This document shows positions 29,471 through 38,061 of a stretch of 64,000 nt of DNA, one piece after another; within the stretch, counting starts at the first letter, position 1, and the number at the start of each line of letters is the position of its first letter. Under the pieces are notes generated by a model. That model saw only the letters and a list, made by a program, of their open reading frames with translations, ran no database searches and was not told the origin of the DNA. The stretch is from Spirochaetia bacterium (GTDB lineage Bacteria; Spirochaetota; Spirochaetia; SZUA-6; Bin103), in assembly GCA_965203905.1 (NCBI GenBank), contig CBDBDQ010000005.1, positions 7,008,001 to 7,072,000 of the forward strand. The letters run 5' to 3'. Position numbers and translations under genes: made by a program.

Positions 29471-30505
29471 TTGTCCTTTCTGCTGCCGGCGATCGATACC
29501 TGGGCGCAGTGGGCGTCCCTGTTCGACGACGTCGCGACATGGAAACCCACGGTCGACGCGATCTGCAGGCGGGAGGGCATCGTCTACGAGCGGATCGAGG
29601 CGCCGGCGTCCAACACCAACGCGGTGTTCATCCTCGACCGGCGCGTGGTGATCAAGATTTACAGCCCGTTCTTTGCGGAGTTCCCCTTCGAACGCCGCCT
29701 GATGGAGTTGCTGGAGCGGGACGCCGTTGTGCCTCTGCCGGCCGTCCGGGCCGCCGGGGTGCTACGGGATCGGAGGGACTGGAGCTACCTGGCCATGGAG
29801 TTCTGCACCGGCCGCCCCCTGGACGAGCTGCAGCCGGTGCTGCCGCGTGCCGCGCTGCTGGACGTTGCCGCACAGACCGGCTGCGCGGTGCGGCGCCTGC
29901 ACACCGTCGATCCGCAACCGCTGGCCGCCATCGACAAGGGCGAGGCCTGGGCCGCCCTGGTGCAGCGCCGCCGGCGCCGGGTCCTGCCCGACCTGATCGA
30001 GCGGGGGCTGATCGAAGCGCGCGTCGCCGGTGAGCTGGAGGCGCTGCTGGACCAGGCCCTGGCGGCCGCGCGGAGCGTCCGGCACGTGGTCGTCCACGGC
30101 GACCTGAACGCGGAGCATGTACTGTTGGAGCAACGGGCGGGGCGCTGGACCGTGGCGGCGCTGCTCGACTTCGGCGATGCCCGGATCGGCGTACCCGACT
30201 ACGAGTGGATGCCGCTGTGGCTCGGCCTGTGCAATCGCGACGCCGCGGTCCTGGAAGCCTTCCTGAAGGCATACGACCCGGCGCTGCCGGCGGATCCCCG
30301 GTTGGGGCAACGGATCGCCGCCTGGACCCTGCTCCACGACTACGGCAGCGACGCCCTCGCCGAGCTGTTCGAGAACAGCGGTGCGGCCCGCCCGGCAGCC
30401 TCGCTGGAAGCGCTGCAGGACCTGGTATGGCCCGGGATCTGGCCGGCGCGGCGGGTCAGCGGCGCACGGCCACGAAGAACAGGCGGCGAAACGGATACCG
30501 GGTGA
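29471..30505 (+). CDS. Aminoglycoside-phosphotransferase (APH)-like kinase
   Basis: VIKIY, HGDLNAEH, LLDFGD; start taken at TTG 29471 (the upstream part of the long ORF is a shadow of the sulfatase). Confidence 0.85.
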   Translation: MSFLLPAIDTWAQWASLFDDVATWKPTVDAICRREGIVYERIEAPASNTNAVFILDRRVVIKIYSPFFAEFPFERRLMELLERDAVVPLPAVRAAGVLRDRRDWSYLAMEFCTGRPLDELQPVLPRAALLDVAAQTGCAVRRLHTVDPQPLAAIDKGEAWAALVQRRRRRVLPDLIERGLIEARVAGELEALLDQALAAARSVRHVVVHGDLNAEHVLLEQRAGRWTVAALLDFGDARIGVPDYEWMPLWLGLCNRDAAVLEAFLKAYDPALPADPRLGQRIAAWTLLHDYGSDALAELFENSGAARPAASLEALQDLVWPGIWPARRVSGARPRRTGGETDTG

Positions 30506-31250
30506 TGCCGTCGGCGCGCCGGGGGTAGGCGCGATCCAGCTGGTGCCGGAGGGCCTCGAGATAGGCCTCCCGCTCGCCGCCCTGCAGGGCGCGCAGGATG
30601 GGACGCAGGGAGGTGCCGGTGACCCATTCCAGCACCGCGTCGGCACCGCTGAGTGCCTGCTGGTACTCGGTGGTCCACACGTCCAGGTGCACGGATTCCG
30701 CCGCCAGCAGGTCGTAGTAGAAGCCGGGCTCGTGCAGCCAGCGCCGGCCCACCGCCTGCCGCAACTCGGCGCTGCCGAACGGCGTTCCGTCCGCGCCGCC
30801 GGCGACCAGCGTCTCGCGGATCAGGCGATGCGAGGGCAGGTCCCAGCTCAGCGGCGCCTGCACCGCCAGGCACCCGCCGGAAGGCAGCAGGGACCAGAGG
30901 CGCGGAATCAGCTCGCCGTGGTCGGGCAGCCACTGGATCACGGCGTTCGAGTAGAGCAGCGACGGAACCGCGTCCGGCTGCCAGTCGGCGAGGTCGCCGT
31001 GCTGCCAGCGCACCCGCGAGTGGGTGGTCCGCGCCCGTTGCAGCATCTGCGGCGAGCTGTCCACGCCGGTCACCGCGGCACCGGGCCAGCGCTCGGCCAG
31101 CAACCGGGTCACGTTGCCGCTGCCGCACCCGAGGTCGTAGATGCGCACCGGCTCCGCGAGCGGGACCCGCCCCACCAGGTCCAGGGCGGGCCGCAGCCGG
31201 TGGTCGGCGAACTTCAGGTACTGCGCCGGGTCCCAGGCACGGCCGGCCAT
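30456..31250 (-). CDS. tam: Trans-aconitate 2-methyltransferase
   Basis: WDPAQYLKF..R.RPALDL, DLGCGSGN, GVDSSPQML, WVTGTSLRP, PFRRLF. Confidence 0.88.
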   Translation of the reverse strand: MAGRAWDPAQYLKFADHRLRPALDLVGRVPLAEPVRIYDLGCGSGNVTRLLAERWPGAAVTGVDSSPQMLQRARTTHSRVRWQHGDLADWQPDAVPSLLYSNAVIQWLPDHGELIPRLWSLLPSGGCLAVQAPLSWDLPSHRLIRETLVAGGADGTPFGSAELRQAVGRRWLHEPGFYYDLLAAESVHLDVWTTEYQQALSGADAVLEWVTGTSLRPILRALQGGEREAYLEALRHQLDRAYPRRADGITRYPFRRLFFVAVRR

Positions 31251-31357
31251 GTCTCCCACGTGCGGCGCAGGCTCACCGGCCTGCATCGGGTCCCCGGGTT
31301 GGCCGGCCACGTCCGGCGCGGGTTCATCCCCGCCGCCGGCTCCCGCAGGCGCGCCCG

Positions 31358-32446
31358 TCAGATGATCTCCAGGTGATCGCGGTCCGGCAACTCCGGAAAC
31401 GGCTTCGTGGGCAGGGTCTGGTACCAGTACGCGACCGAGGCGATGTCGTCCTGCAGCGGCAGGTAGCGGCCGCCCTCCCAGCGCCATCCCAGTGCCTGAC
31501 AGGTGACCCGCAGGTCGCGCTCGAACCGCACCGGGTCCATGACGTGCCAGCGGTACATCGAGAAGCGTTGCTGCGAGCGGTACAGGCCGTCGGGAGGAAA
31601 CACCTGCATCCCCATGAAGGGAGTGGAGAACGGCGTGTACTGGCCGTCCACGTCCCAGTTGTAGGCGCCGCCGAAGTAGTCCTCGGTGCCGGTGCCGCAC
31701 AGGGTCGGAAAGACGCGATCGCCGTCCAGGTAGAACTTGACCTCGCCCTCCCCCCACCAGCGGCTGTTGTTCACGCCCCACGCCATGGCGGTGCCCACGT
31801 ACTGTCCCGCGCCCTCGATGCCGTCCACGATCGTGTACGGCTGCTTGAACGGGAGCGGGTTGATACGCCGGAACTGGGCATGGAAGTACGCCGCGTCGTC
31901 CGGCACCTCGGTCAGCGTGTAGTTGACCTGGTAGTAGTGGGTGATCGGATCGGTGTGCCTGTTCTCCATGGTGATGCGGCAGTGCCCGCGGAACGGCATC
32001 TCCCAGAAGCAGTTGTAGCCACGGTTCGGATTGACCGCCACCGGCAGCGAATTGATCTGCCGGAACACCCCCCACCCCGACGCGAAGAAGTCGGCCACCG
32101 GGCACTCCACCGACGGCGTCTCCTGGTGGTCCCAGTAGATGCGCAGGATGTAGAACCGCGCCCGCGGCCCCTGGCGGGAGATATCCCCCGACAGCCACAT
32201 CGACTGAATCGCCCCGGGCCCGTCGATGTCGGCGATCGTATAGGTGGTTCCCGGCTCGATGATCACGCTGGGAGAGACCTTCCAGCCCTGACCGAGCTCA
32301 CGCGCCGCCCGCGCGCCGGTCCCCTCGGTCGCCCTGCCGCCCTTCCCCTTCTCGCCGGTGGGGTTCTCCGCGGTGATCGACCGCGTCCTGGCCGCCGACA
32401 GGCGCGGCAACGTTCCAAGACTCATTCCCAGGCCGCTGAAGCTCAT
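31358..32446 (-). CDS. DUF2961 / glycoside hydrolase family 172 protein
   Basis: TRSITAENPTGEKG, PSVECPVADFF, WWGEGE, GTGTEDYF, SVAYWYQ. Confidence 0.9.
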   Translation of the reverse strand: MSFSGLGMSLGTLPRLSAARTRSITAENPTGEKGKGGRATEGTGARAARELGQGWKVSPSVIIEPGTTYTIADIDGPGAIQSMWLSGDISRQGPRARFYILRIYWDHQETPSVECPVADFFASGWGVFRQINSLPVAVNPNRGYNCFWEMPFRGHCRITMENRHTDPITHYYQVNYTLTEVPDDAAYFHAQFRRINPLPFKQPYTIVDGIEGAGQYVGTAMAWGVNNSRWWGEGEVKFYLDGDRVFPTLCGTGTEDYFGGAYNWDVDGQYTPFSTPFMGMQVFPPDGLYRSQQRFSMYRWHVMDPVRFERDLRVTCQALGWRWEGGRYLPLQDDIASVAYWYQTLPTKPFPELPDRDHLEII

Positions 32447-32609
32447 ACTGAAGACCTCCTCAAGGTTCCGTTACTTGGATCTTCGGCGACTGCCGGCATG
32501 GCGCACAGGGCCAACTTCCGATTACGTGGAGGTAGCGTGTCCCGCCGCCACCGGCCGCAGCTCACTGAAAGTGCTCGGATCGTCACGCCATCCTCCCCAG
32601 GAACGAACC

Positions 32610-34823
32610 TCAGGCAGGCGGATGCCGTGGAGGAGCGTCAGCCGACACCATCCTCGCATTGATTTGCTCGATGATATCGTCGGCGACTTCCATTACTTCG
32701 ACCGGAGCCCGAACCGCCTCGCCCGCCCGTCTGCGCAGAGCAACCACCAGCGGTGACAGCTCATCGGATTTCTTCTCGTCACTCATCACGATCTCGAGGA
32801 GTGCTCGTTCCCGGCAACCGGATGCCGTCAGATCGATCATAATCCCTATTATGTCCTCCAGCGTAGCCTCTGAGCCGTGAAGGTGGGCGGCGTAGAAGTT
32901 GCGGAATGCTTCGATGGCATCGTTGCGCTTCCCCTGAAGAAGTAGTGCTTTCGTCCTCATCCACATTGCCCTCTGTCGGAACCTGACGTAGTGGTGGGAA
33001 TCAGGCGGCGACCTATATGCTCTTTCCAGTTCACCGCACGTGCGCAGAGCCTCTTCGGGCCGACCGAGGCGGATCAGTTCGATTCCTTTGTAGCTCAGAG
33101 CCATGGCCACGCGCTGTTGTAGTCCTGACGAGTCGCTGTCGCCGTAGCGGCTGACGAGTTGGTCATAGGTGGCGATTGCGGCCTCCGAGTCATCGAGTTG
33201 GCCTTGTCTGAATCCTTTGTTGACTAGAGCCTTGGCCACCGGCAGTTGGAGTTCTGGGGAGTCGCTGTCGCCATAGCGCGTGAGGAGTTGGTCATAGGTG
33301 GCGATTTCGGCGTTGATGTCGTCGAGTTGGCCTTGGGCCAAACCCTTGTTGAACAGAGCCTCGGCAACCATGGTCTGGGATTGCACCGAGTCGCTGGAAC
33401 CGAGCCTCTCGATCACTCTGTTGGCGGCTTCAAGAGCAGCTTTGAGATCGTCAGGTTTGTGACTCCTGGATTGTGGGTATTTGATTGCAGCCGCCTGATT
33501 GTGTGCCTGCTCGATAATCATAAGTGCCTCAGGCGAAATAACGCCGTCGCTCGGTGACACTTCAATCGCACGCTCCATTCCCTCGAGAATGGAAGGTGAC
33601 TGTGCAGCCTCCATACTCAGTTTTTTGGCCATCTGCGCCAGTTCCGATGCGCTGTAGAACACGGCCATGAAGCGAATCAGGTTGCTCACCACCGCGGCGG
33701 CGTCGCGTTCCCGCCTTAATTTGTAGTAGATGCCGTAGAGTCGCTCCGCTCCCGAATAGAGGCGCTTTCGGCCCCCGCCCTCCGCTATGACCGCACCGCG
33801 ATCGACAAGCCTTGAGAGCATGGTCGACACGGTTCGAACGTCAAGACGTGCGCGGGTGGTGATCTCCCTCGGTGTCGACGGCTGCCAGAGATCAAGGACG
33901 GCAAGATAAACGCGCCGCTCGGTCTTTGCGAAACCTTCGAGATGACTTCGAAAGTACTCGGTATGGTCGTCGATCAACCTCACCAGTTGTTCCATCAGTT
34001 GTCGCAGCGATCGACGTCGCGCGAAGTCGGCGACGAAGACGAGAAGCCGGGGACTGCCGCCGGTCAGGATCTGCAGAGGTCGTATCTCTCTCGCGGGCAC
34101 GTCGTCGCCGCTGACCACGCGCCACAGGCGTCGGGACTCCACGGTATCCAGGCGATCCAGGCGTTCGCTCCTGAACAGCTCGAAGAACGGCTGGTCCACG
34201 TCGTCCAATGCTTCGAAACGGCTGGTGGCGGTGGCCAGCAGCATGATTCGAGGTTCTGACTGGAGCGCCTCACGAAGCTTCCAGCCGAAATGATCGTCCA
34301 CGTCGGCGCACAGGTTCTGCAAGTTCTCGACCATGAACACTAGTTTCCTGCCCAATCGATCGGCCGCATCCAGTACGGCGGCTCGGGCTCGCGGTTCGGT
34401 CAATTCCTCGCCACGCATGCGAGCTGCGAGGGCGGCGTGCGTGTCCAGGAGTTCGCGACCGATCGGGGAGTCGCGTACCGCGCCCTCCCTCGCGAGATAG
34501 AACAGGCATTCCAGCCAGAAGTCCGTCATGTCGAAGATCTCGTGGCTGTCCTCCATGAAGCGAACGGGCAGCAAATGCTTGGCGAGACGAGCATTGGTCC
34601 GCAACTCCGCGGCAACGCGGGCCAGGAGCATTGTCTTCCCGCGGCCGCGAGGGGCGACGAGGAGCACGTGTTGGCAAGAGGAGGCTTCGACGTTCGTCTT
34701 CAAGACTTCGAGCACGATGGCCAGTTCTCGTTCCCTTACCACGAACTGCCGGATCACCTCGTCGTCGGATTGGAACGTTCCGGGATTGGCCTTGCGAATC
34801 GGGTGCTCGAACGAGTCACTCAT
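32610..34823 (-). CDS. STAND-like P-loop ATPase with winged HTH and TPR-like repeats
   Basis: APRGRGKT (Walker A), LVFMVEN (Walker B-like), TGGSPR (GxP), wHTH (STPREIT..STMLSRLVDRG), 43-aa TPR-like repeats. Confidence 0.85.
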   Translation of the reverse strand: MSDSFEHPIRKANPGTFQSDDEVIRQFVVRERELAIVLEVLKTNVEASSCQHVLLVAPRGRGKTMLLARVAAELRTNARLAKHLLPVRFMEDSHEIFDMTDFWLECLFYLAREGAVRDSPIGRELLDTHAALAARMRGEELTEPRARAAVLDAADRLGRKLVFMVENLQNLCADVDDHFGWKLREALQSEPRIMLLATATSRFEALDDVDQPFFELFRSERLDRLDTVESRRLWRVVSGDDVPAREIRPLQILTGGSPRLLVFVADFARRRSLRQLMEQLVRLIDDHTEYFRSHLEGFAKTERRVYLAVLDLWQPSTPREITTRARLDVRTVSTMLSRLVDRGAVIAEGGGRKRLYSGAERLYGIYYKLRRERDAAAVVSNLIRFMAVFYSASELAQMAKKLSMEAAQSPSILEGMERAIEVSPSDGVISPEALMIIEQAHNQAAAIKYPQSRSHKPDDLKAALEAANRVIERLGSSDSVQSQTMVAEALFNKGLAQGQLDDINAEIATYDQLLTRYGDSDSPELQLPVAKALVNKGFRQGQLDDSEAAIATYDQLVSRYGDSDSSGLQQRVAMALSYKGIELIRLGRPEEALRTCGELERAYRSPPDSHHYVRFRQRAMWMRTKALLLQGKRNDAIEAFRNFYAAHLHGSEATLEDIIGIMIDLTASGCRERALLEIVMSDEKKSDELSPLVVALRRRAGEAVRAPVEVMEVADDIIEQINARMVSADAPPRHPPA
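33060..33440 (-). repeat. 129-bp coding tandem repeats (TPR-like units)
   Basis: Units starting near 33130 and 33259 are highly similar at DNA level (IATYDQL..RYGDSDS); flanking units are more diverged. Confidence 0.85.
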
Positions 34824-36058
34824 CGAGGCGCTCGCCGTTCGGCTGAAAAGGGCGGTGCGAGCGAAGCATGGTGATCACGATAGCGTGCAGACCACCAGTC
34901 CTTGAGCAATCGGGAGAGGAAGCGGTATCCGTCGTCGCACGCTTCCAGATAACCGTCGTGCATCAGGACGTCGAGCGCATCCGCGATACGGTCGCGCGCA
35001 TCGTCGACCAGAGTGGAGTGCCGGCGTTCGAGGTTGCGCCGCGCAGCCGCGGTGAATACCTCCTGGGTGGCGGCCTCGGCGAGGATCTCGACCGCGATGC
35101 GATGGGCCTCCTCTTCCAGTCCGTCGCGAAGGCGCGTTTCGTAATGCGCGAGATCGTTCGACCCGGAAGGACCGAGCAGTTCCTTGTGATATACCTCGTC
35201 TACGTCGCTTACGGAAAGCCGGTCGCGGCGCTGCATCGTCGCGAAGTCGCGGAGACGCGCGAAGAAAGACTGCAGATGTTGAGGAATCCCAAGTCCGAGG
35301 GCGTCGTATACCGCCTTGGGAACCGCTTCGTCGACGGCCAGGTCGTAGCTCTCTGCGAGGCGTTCGAAGCACGCGATGCAGGTGTCGTGGCTCCATGGGC
35401 CCAGACGAAAGGGATCGAGATGGTTGATGCGGTCAGGAGTGCCGAGCCGCGCTACCAGGGGTTGGAGGCCGATGCTGCCGGACACGATCAGAACCAGCGA
35501 GCCGTCGCCGAGGTCTTGCAGGACGCCGCGCAGCCAGCTCAGAAACCCGTCGACCTGGCGGGCGTGTGAGTCGCTCTTGAGTAGCCGGTTGAGGAAGATC
35601 GGCAGCTCGTCGATCACGAGGAGCACCGGCCTGTCGTAATGGGCGCAATCGTGGAGCAGTTGCTGTCCGTGACGCCGCCAGTTTCCGGGTTCCAAGCCTG
35701 ATCGGATCTTCACGCTGAAGTCGTAGGCAGTGATCTGCTCGATTCTGTCTTCCAGCCAGTGTCGCATCGTGGCGGCGAATCGGCGCGCGATCGGGCGAAT
35801 CGGATGTACCGCCTCCGCCATGCGGGCGATGACGTCTTCGGGAGAGATGGCGCCCTCGACGTTGACCGGGAGGAAGCCCCATCCCTGGGCTTCCAGTCTT
35901 CGGCCGAGCTCGCGGGCGAGGCTGGTCTTCTCCATGCGGCGCTGGCCGGTGAGCAGCGTATGGTTGAGGTCGCGGATACGGGTCTCCAGCGCCTTCAGTT
36001 CCTGCTCGCGGTCGAAGAAGTCGTCGCCGCTCACCCAGCGGCCTGTCGATGATTTCAC
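34820..36058 (-). CDS. AAA+/STAND-like ATPase with degenerate Walker A
   Basis: FFDREQEL, GQRRMEKTS, VIDELP, VSGSIGL, LGIP; start GTG 36058 follows CAGGAGG; ATGA overlap with the next gene. Confidence 0.85.
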   Translation of the reverse strand: MKSSTGRWVSGDDFFDREQELKALETRIRDLNHTLLTGQRRMEKTSLARELGRRLEAQGWGFLPVNVEGAISPEDVIARMAEAVHPIRPIARRFAATMRHWLEDRIEQITAYDFSVKIRSGLEPGNWRRHGQQLLHDCAHYDRPVLLVIDELPIFLNRLLKSDSHARQVDGFLSWLRGVLQDLGDGSLVLIVSGSIGLQPLVARLGTPDRINHLDPFRLGPWSHDTCIACFERLAESYDLAVDEAVPKAVYDALGLGIPQHLQSFFARLRDFATMQRRDRLSVSDVDEVYHKELLGPSGSNDLAHYETRLRDGLEEEAHRIAVEILAEAATQEVFTAAARRNLERRHSTLVDDARDRIADALDVLMHDGYLEACDDGYRFLSRLLKDWWSARYRDHHASLAPPFSAERRAPR

Positions 36059-36135
36059 GGGATCCTCCTGAGAAACCACAGTTTCTTCCTTGATTGCGCC
36101 GGCCCGCGGGCCGGTAGGAAGCTCCTAACGGGCTG

Positions 36136-36193
36136 AGTATATTCATATTACAAAAACGTTGTCAACGAATCTGTAGCTTACAAATCGGTTGTA
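36136..36193 (-). promoter_or_regulatory. Sigma70-type promoter with two operator-like inverted repeats
   Basis: TTGACA-N18-TATACT on the minus strand (36165-36136); TACAA-N5-TTGT(C/A) at 36149-36163 and 36179-36193. Confidence 0.75.
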
Positions 36194-36307
36194 TCCGAGG
36201 GCCGACGACTTTCAGACTTCCAGACCTCAGGCAGAGTCAGGTGACACGTCGGGCCAGAGAGCAACCTGCCGGATGTCGCCGGTAGCCTCGAGGGTATGAA
36301 GTGCGCA

Positions 36308-36630
36308 GGCGTGGCGCAGGGCGTGTGGTGTGATGGCCTTGCGACCGAGTGCATCGCCGTGGGGCACCTCGTGGCGTTCGTCCTCGGCATGGTGCACCCC
36401 GTTTCGCGGCGCGCTGCTGACCGGACGCTACCCACACCAGACCGGGGTGGTGGCGAACGGGTGCCGGCTGGCGCCGGAGCTGCCCACGGTGGCCCACGCC
36501 TTCGCCGCCGCCGGCTACCACACCGCCTACGTCGGCAAGTGGAACCTGGACGGCCGCTGAAGCTCATGCTGAAGACCTCCTCGAAGATCCGTTACTTTAT
36601 TCGGCGGCTGCCGGCGTGGCGCACAGCGCG
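36308..36630 (+). pseudogene. Telescoped remnant: sulfatase upstream/5' patch joined to a copy of the GH172 start and upstream region
   Basis: 36308-36340 resembles 57686-57716; 36390-36554 encodes WCTPFRG..GVVANG..YVGKWNLDG; 36552-36630 repeats 32432-32510. Confidence 0.85.
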
Positions 36631-36876
36631 CCTTCGGAATAAACAGGATTGCGCGATGTCGGTAAGAAAGTAGGCGCATACTTCCGGCCTCCAGCCATGG
36701 TGCTCCCGCTAACCGCATCTGTTCTCTTCGCGTTCGGTCCGTACGGTCAGTCGTGATGAGATCCGACGATGATGTGCTCACGCCGGTGCATGTGAGTCAG
36801 CACCGGCACTCCGTAAACGGAAGACCATGAAAGTCGATGCACGGGCATCGGCTGCTGGCCGGCATTTTCCGACCAG

Positions 36877-37961
36877 TCACGCCTTACTCTCCCGTTGTCC
36901 GGAAGTGTAGCGGTAGTCGAACACCGACGACGACCCACGCATCTCGCGAAACCACAATGTGGCGCTGGCGCCCATCGAGTCGGTCAGGCGGACCGCTTCG
37001 TCGATTTTGAGCTGCACCGGCTGCTGGAGCCCGTCGTTGATTGCCACGTTGTCAGCGGAGAGGTACGTACGGTCCAGGCTGTCCAGCAGGGGATTCAGGC
37101 GTCCGCGGATACCCGGCAGGTGCCCCGAGCGGTTGGCGATGATAAACGAGCCGCCGTCAGCCGCGGGTTTCATGCGCAGCTCAAGCGGTTCATCCGGCAG
37201 GTAGTCGTTCACCACCCGAGCCCGGTAGCCCGGTGCGGCGCACAGCATGGTCACCGGCAGCCGTGCGTACAGCTCGAAGTCCGCATGTCCGAACGCATCG
37301 GTGCGTACAGCACATGTATGCCCTGCAGAGGCTCGCCGGTTTCGTCATGAAGAATCTTGACGCGTGCCGCGATACCATCCGGCAAGGGCGGACTCGCCGC
37401 CGGCAGGACGAGGTTCGTCAGAATAATCTCGGCGGGATCGTTGGTACGCGAACTCGCGTAGCGCTGCCACAACTCCGGGCGCAAGCTGTTGACGCCGGTG
37501 TTGCCGACCACCTGCGTATCGGTGGCCCGACGGATTTCGTCGGGCTGCATTTGGCGCTTGCTATCGCCGCGCCGCCGGAAATAACCGCCGGGCGAACGAT
37601 GAACGGTGTCGCCGGCGGGTACCTCGACGAGCAGCACGCCCCCGCCGCCCGGTGGCAGGGCCGGCACCCGGTACAAGCTGAACTCCAGTGGCGGTTCGAC
37701 GCTGTCCGAACATACTTCGGTCACAAGACTCGCCAGCGCGTTCAGCCGCTCCGGTTCAAGCGACTGGCGCTCGCGATCGTTCGTGACGCCCAGGACGAGA
37801 CGGCCGCCACCGGAGTTGGCGAATGCCGCAAGCCCGTCCGCGAGTCCGTCCCGGTGAGGGGCAGAGACCTGTTTGCCGGGAAACCGAGCTTCCTTGAGCT
37901 CGAGACCGGTGTCTTCACCGAGCCGGACCTCTTCCCAGAACCGCTGGGCATCGATTGCCAT
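36877..37961 (-). pseudogene. AlbA_2 (Schlafen-like) domain gene with internal deletions and a frameshift
   Basis: GEDTGLELK..LAAFANSGGGRLVLGV..YFRRRGDS N-terminal domain; frame switch near 37300 into TDAFGHADFELYARLPVTMLC, continuing as ORF 36877-37254. Confidence 0.7.
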
Positions 37962-38061
37962 CGCTTCTATCCTACCTGGCAGTCAGTCGGCTGACAGCCG
38001 GCCTCGCTCGGCATCGGTAGCCACGCAAGCGCCATGACACGGGAGGCGCCTGCAGCAGGCG

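Noticed and set aside
29471-30505. Antibiotic-resistance gene
   Set aside because: APH fold only; the catabolic context gives no support for resistance.
31225-31335. Imperfect duplication just upstream of tam
   Set aside because: Short local duplication of the gene start with no evident function.
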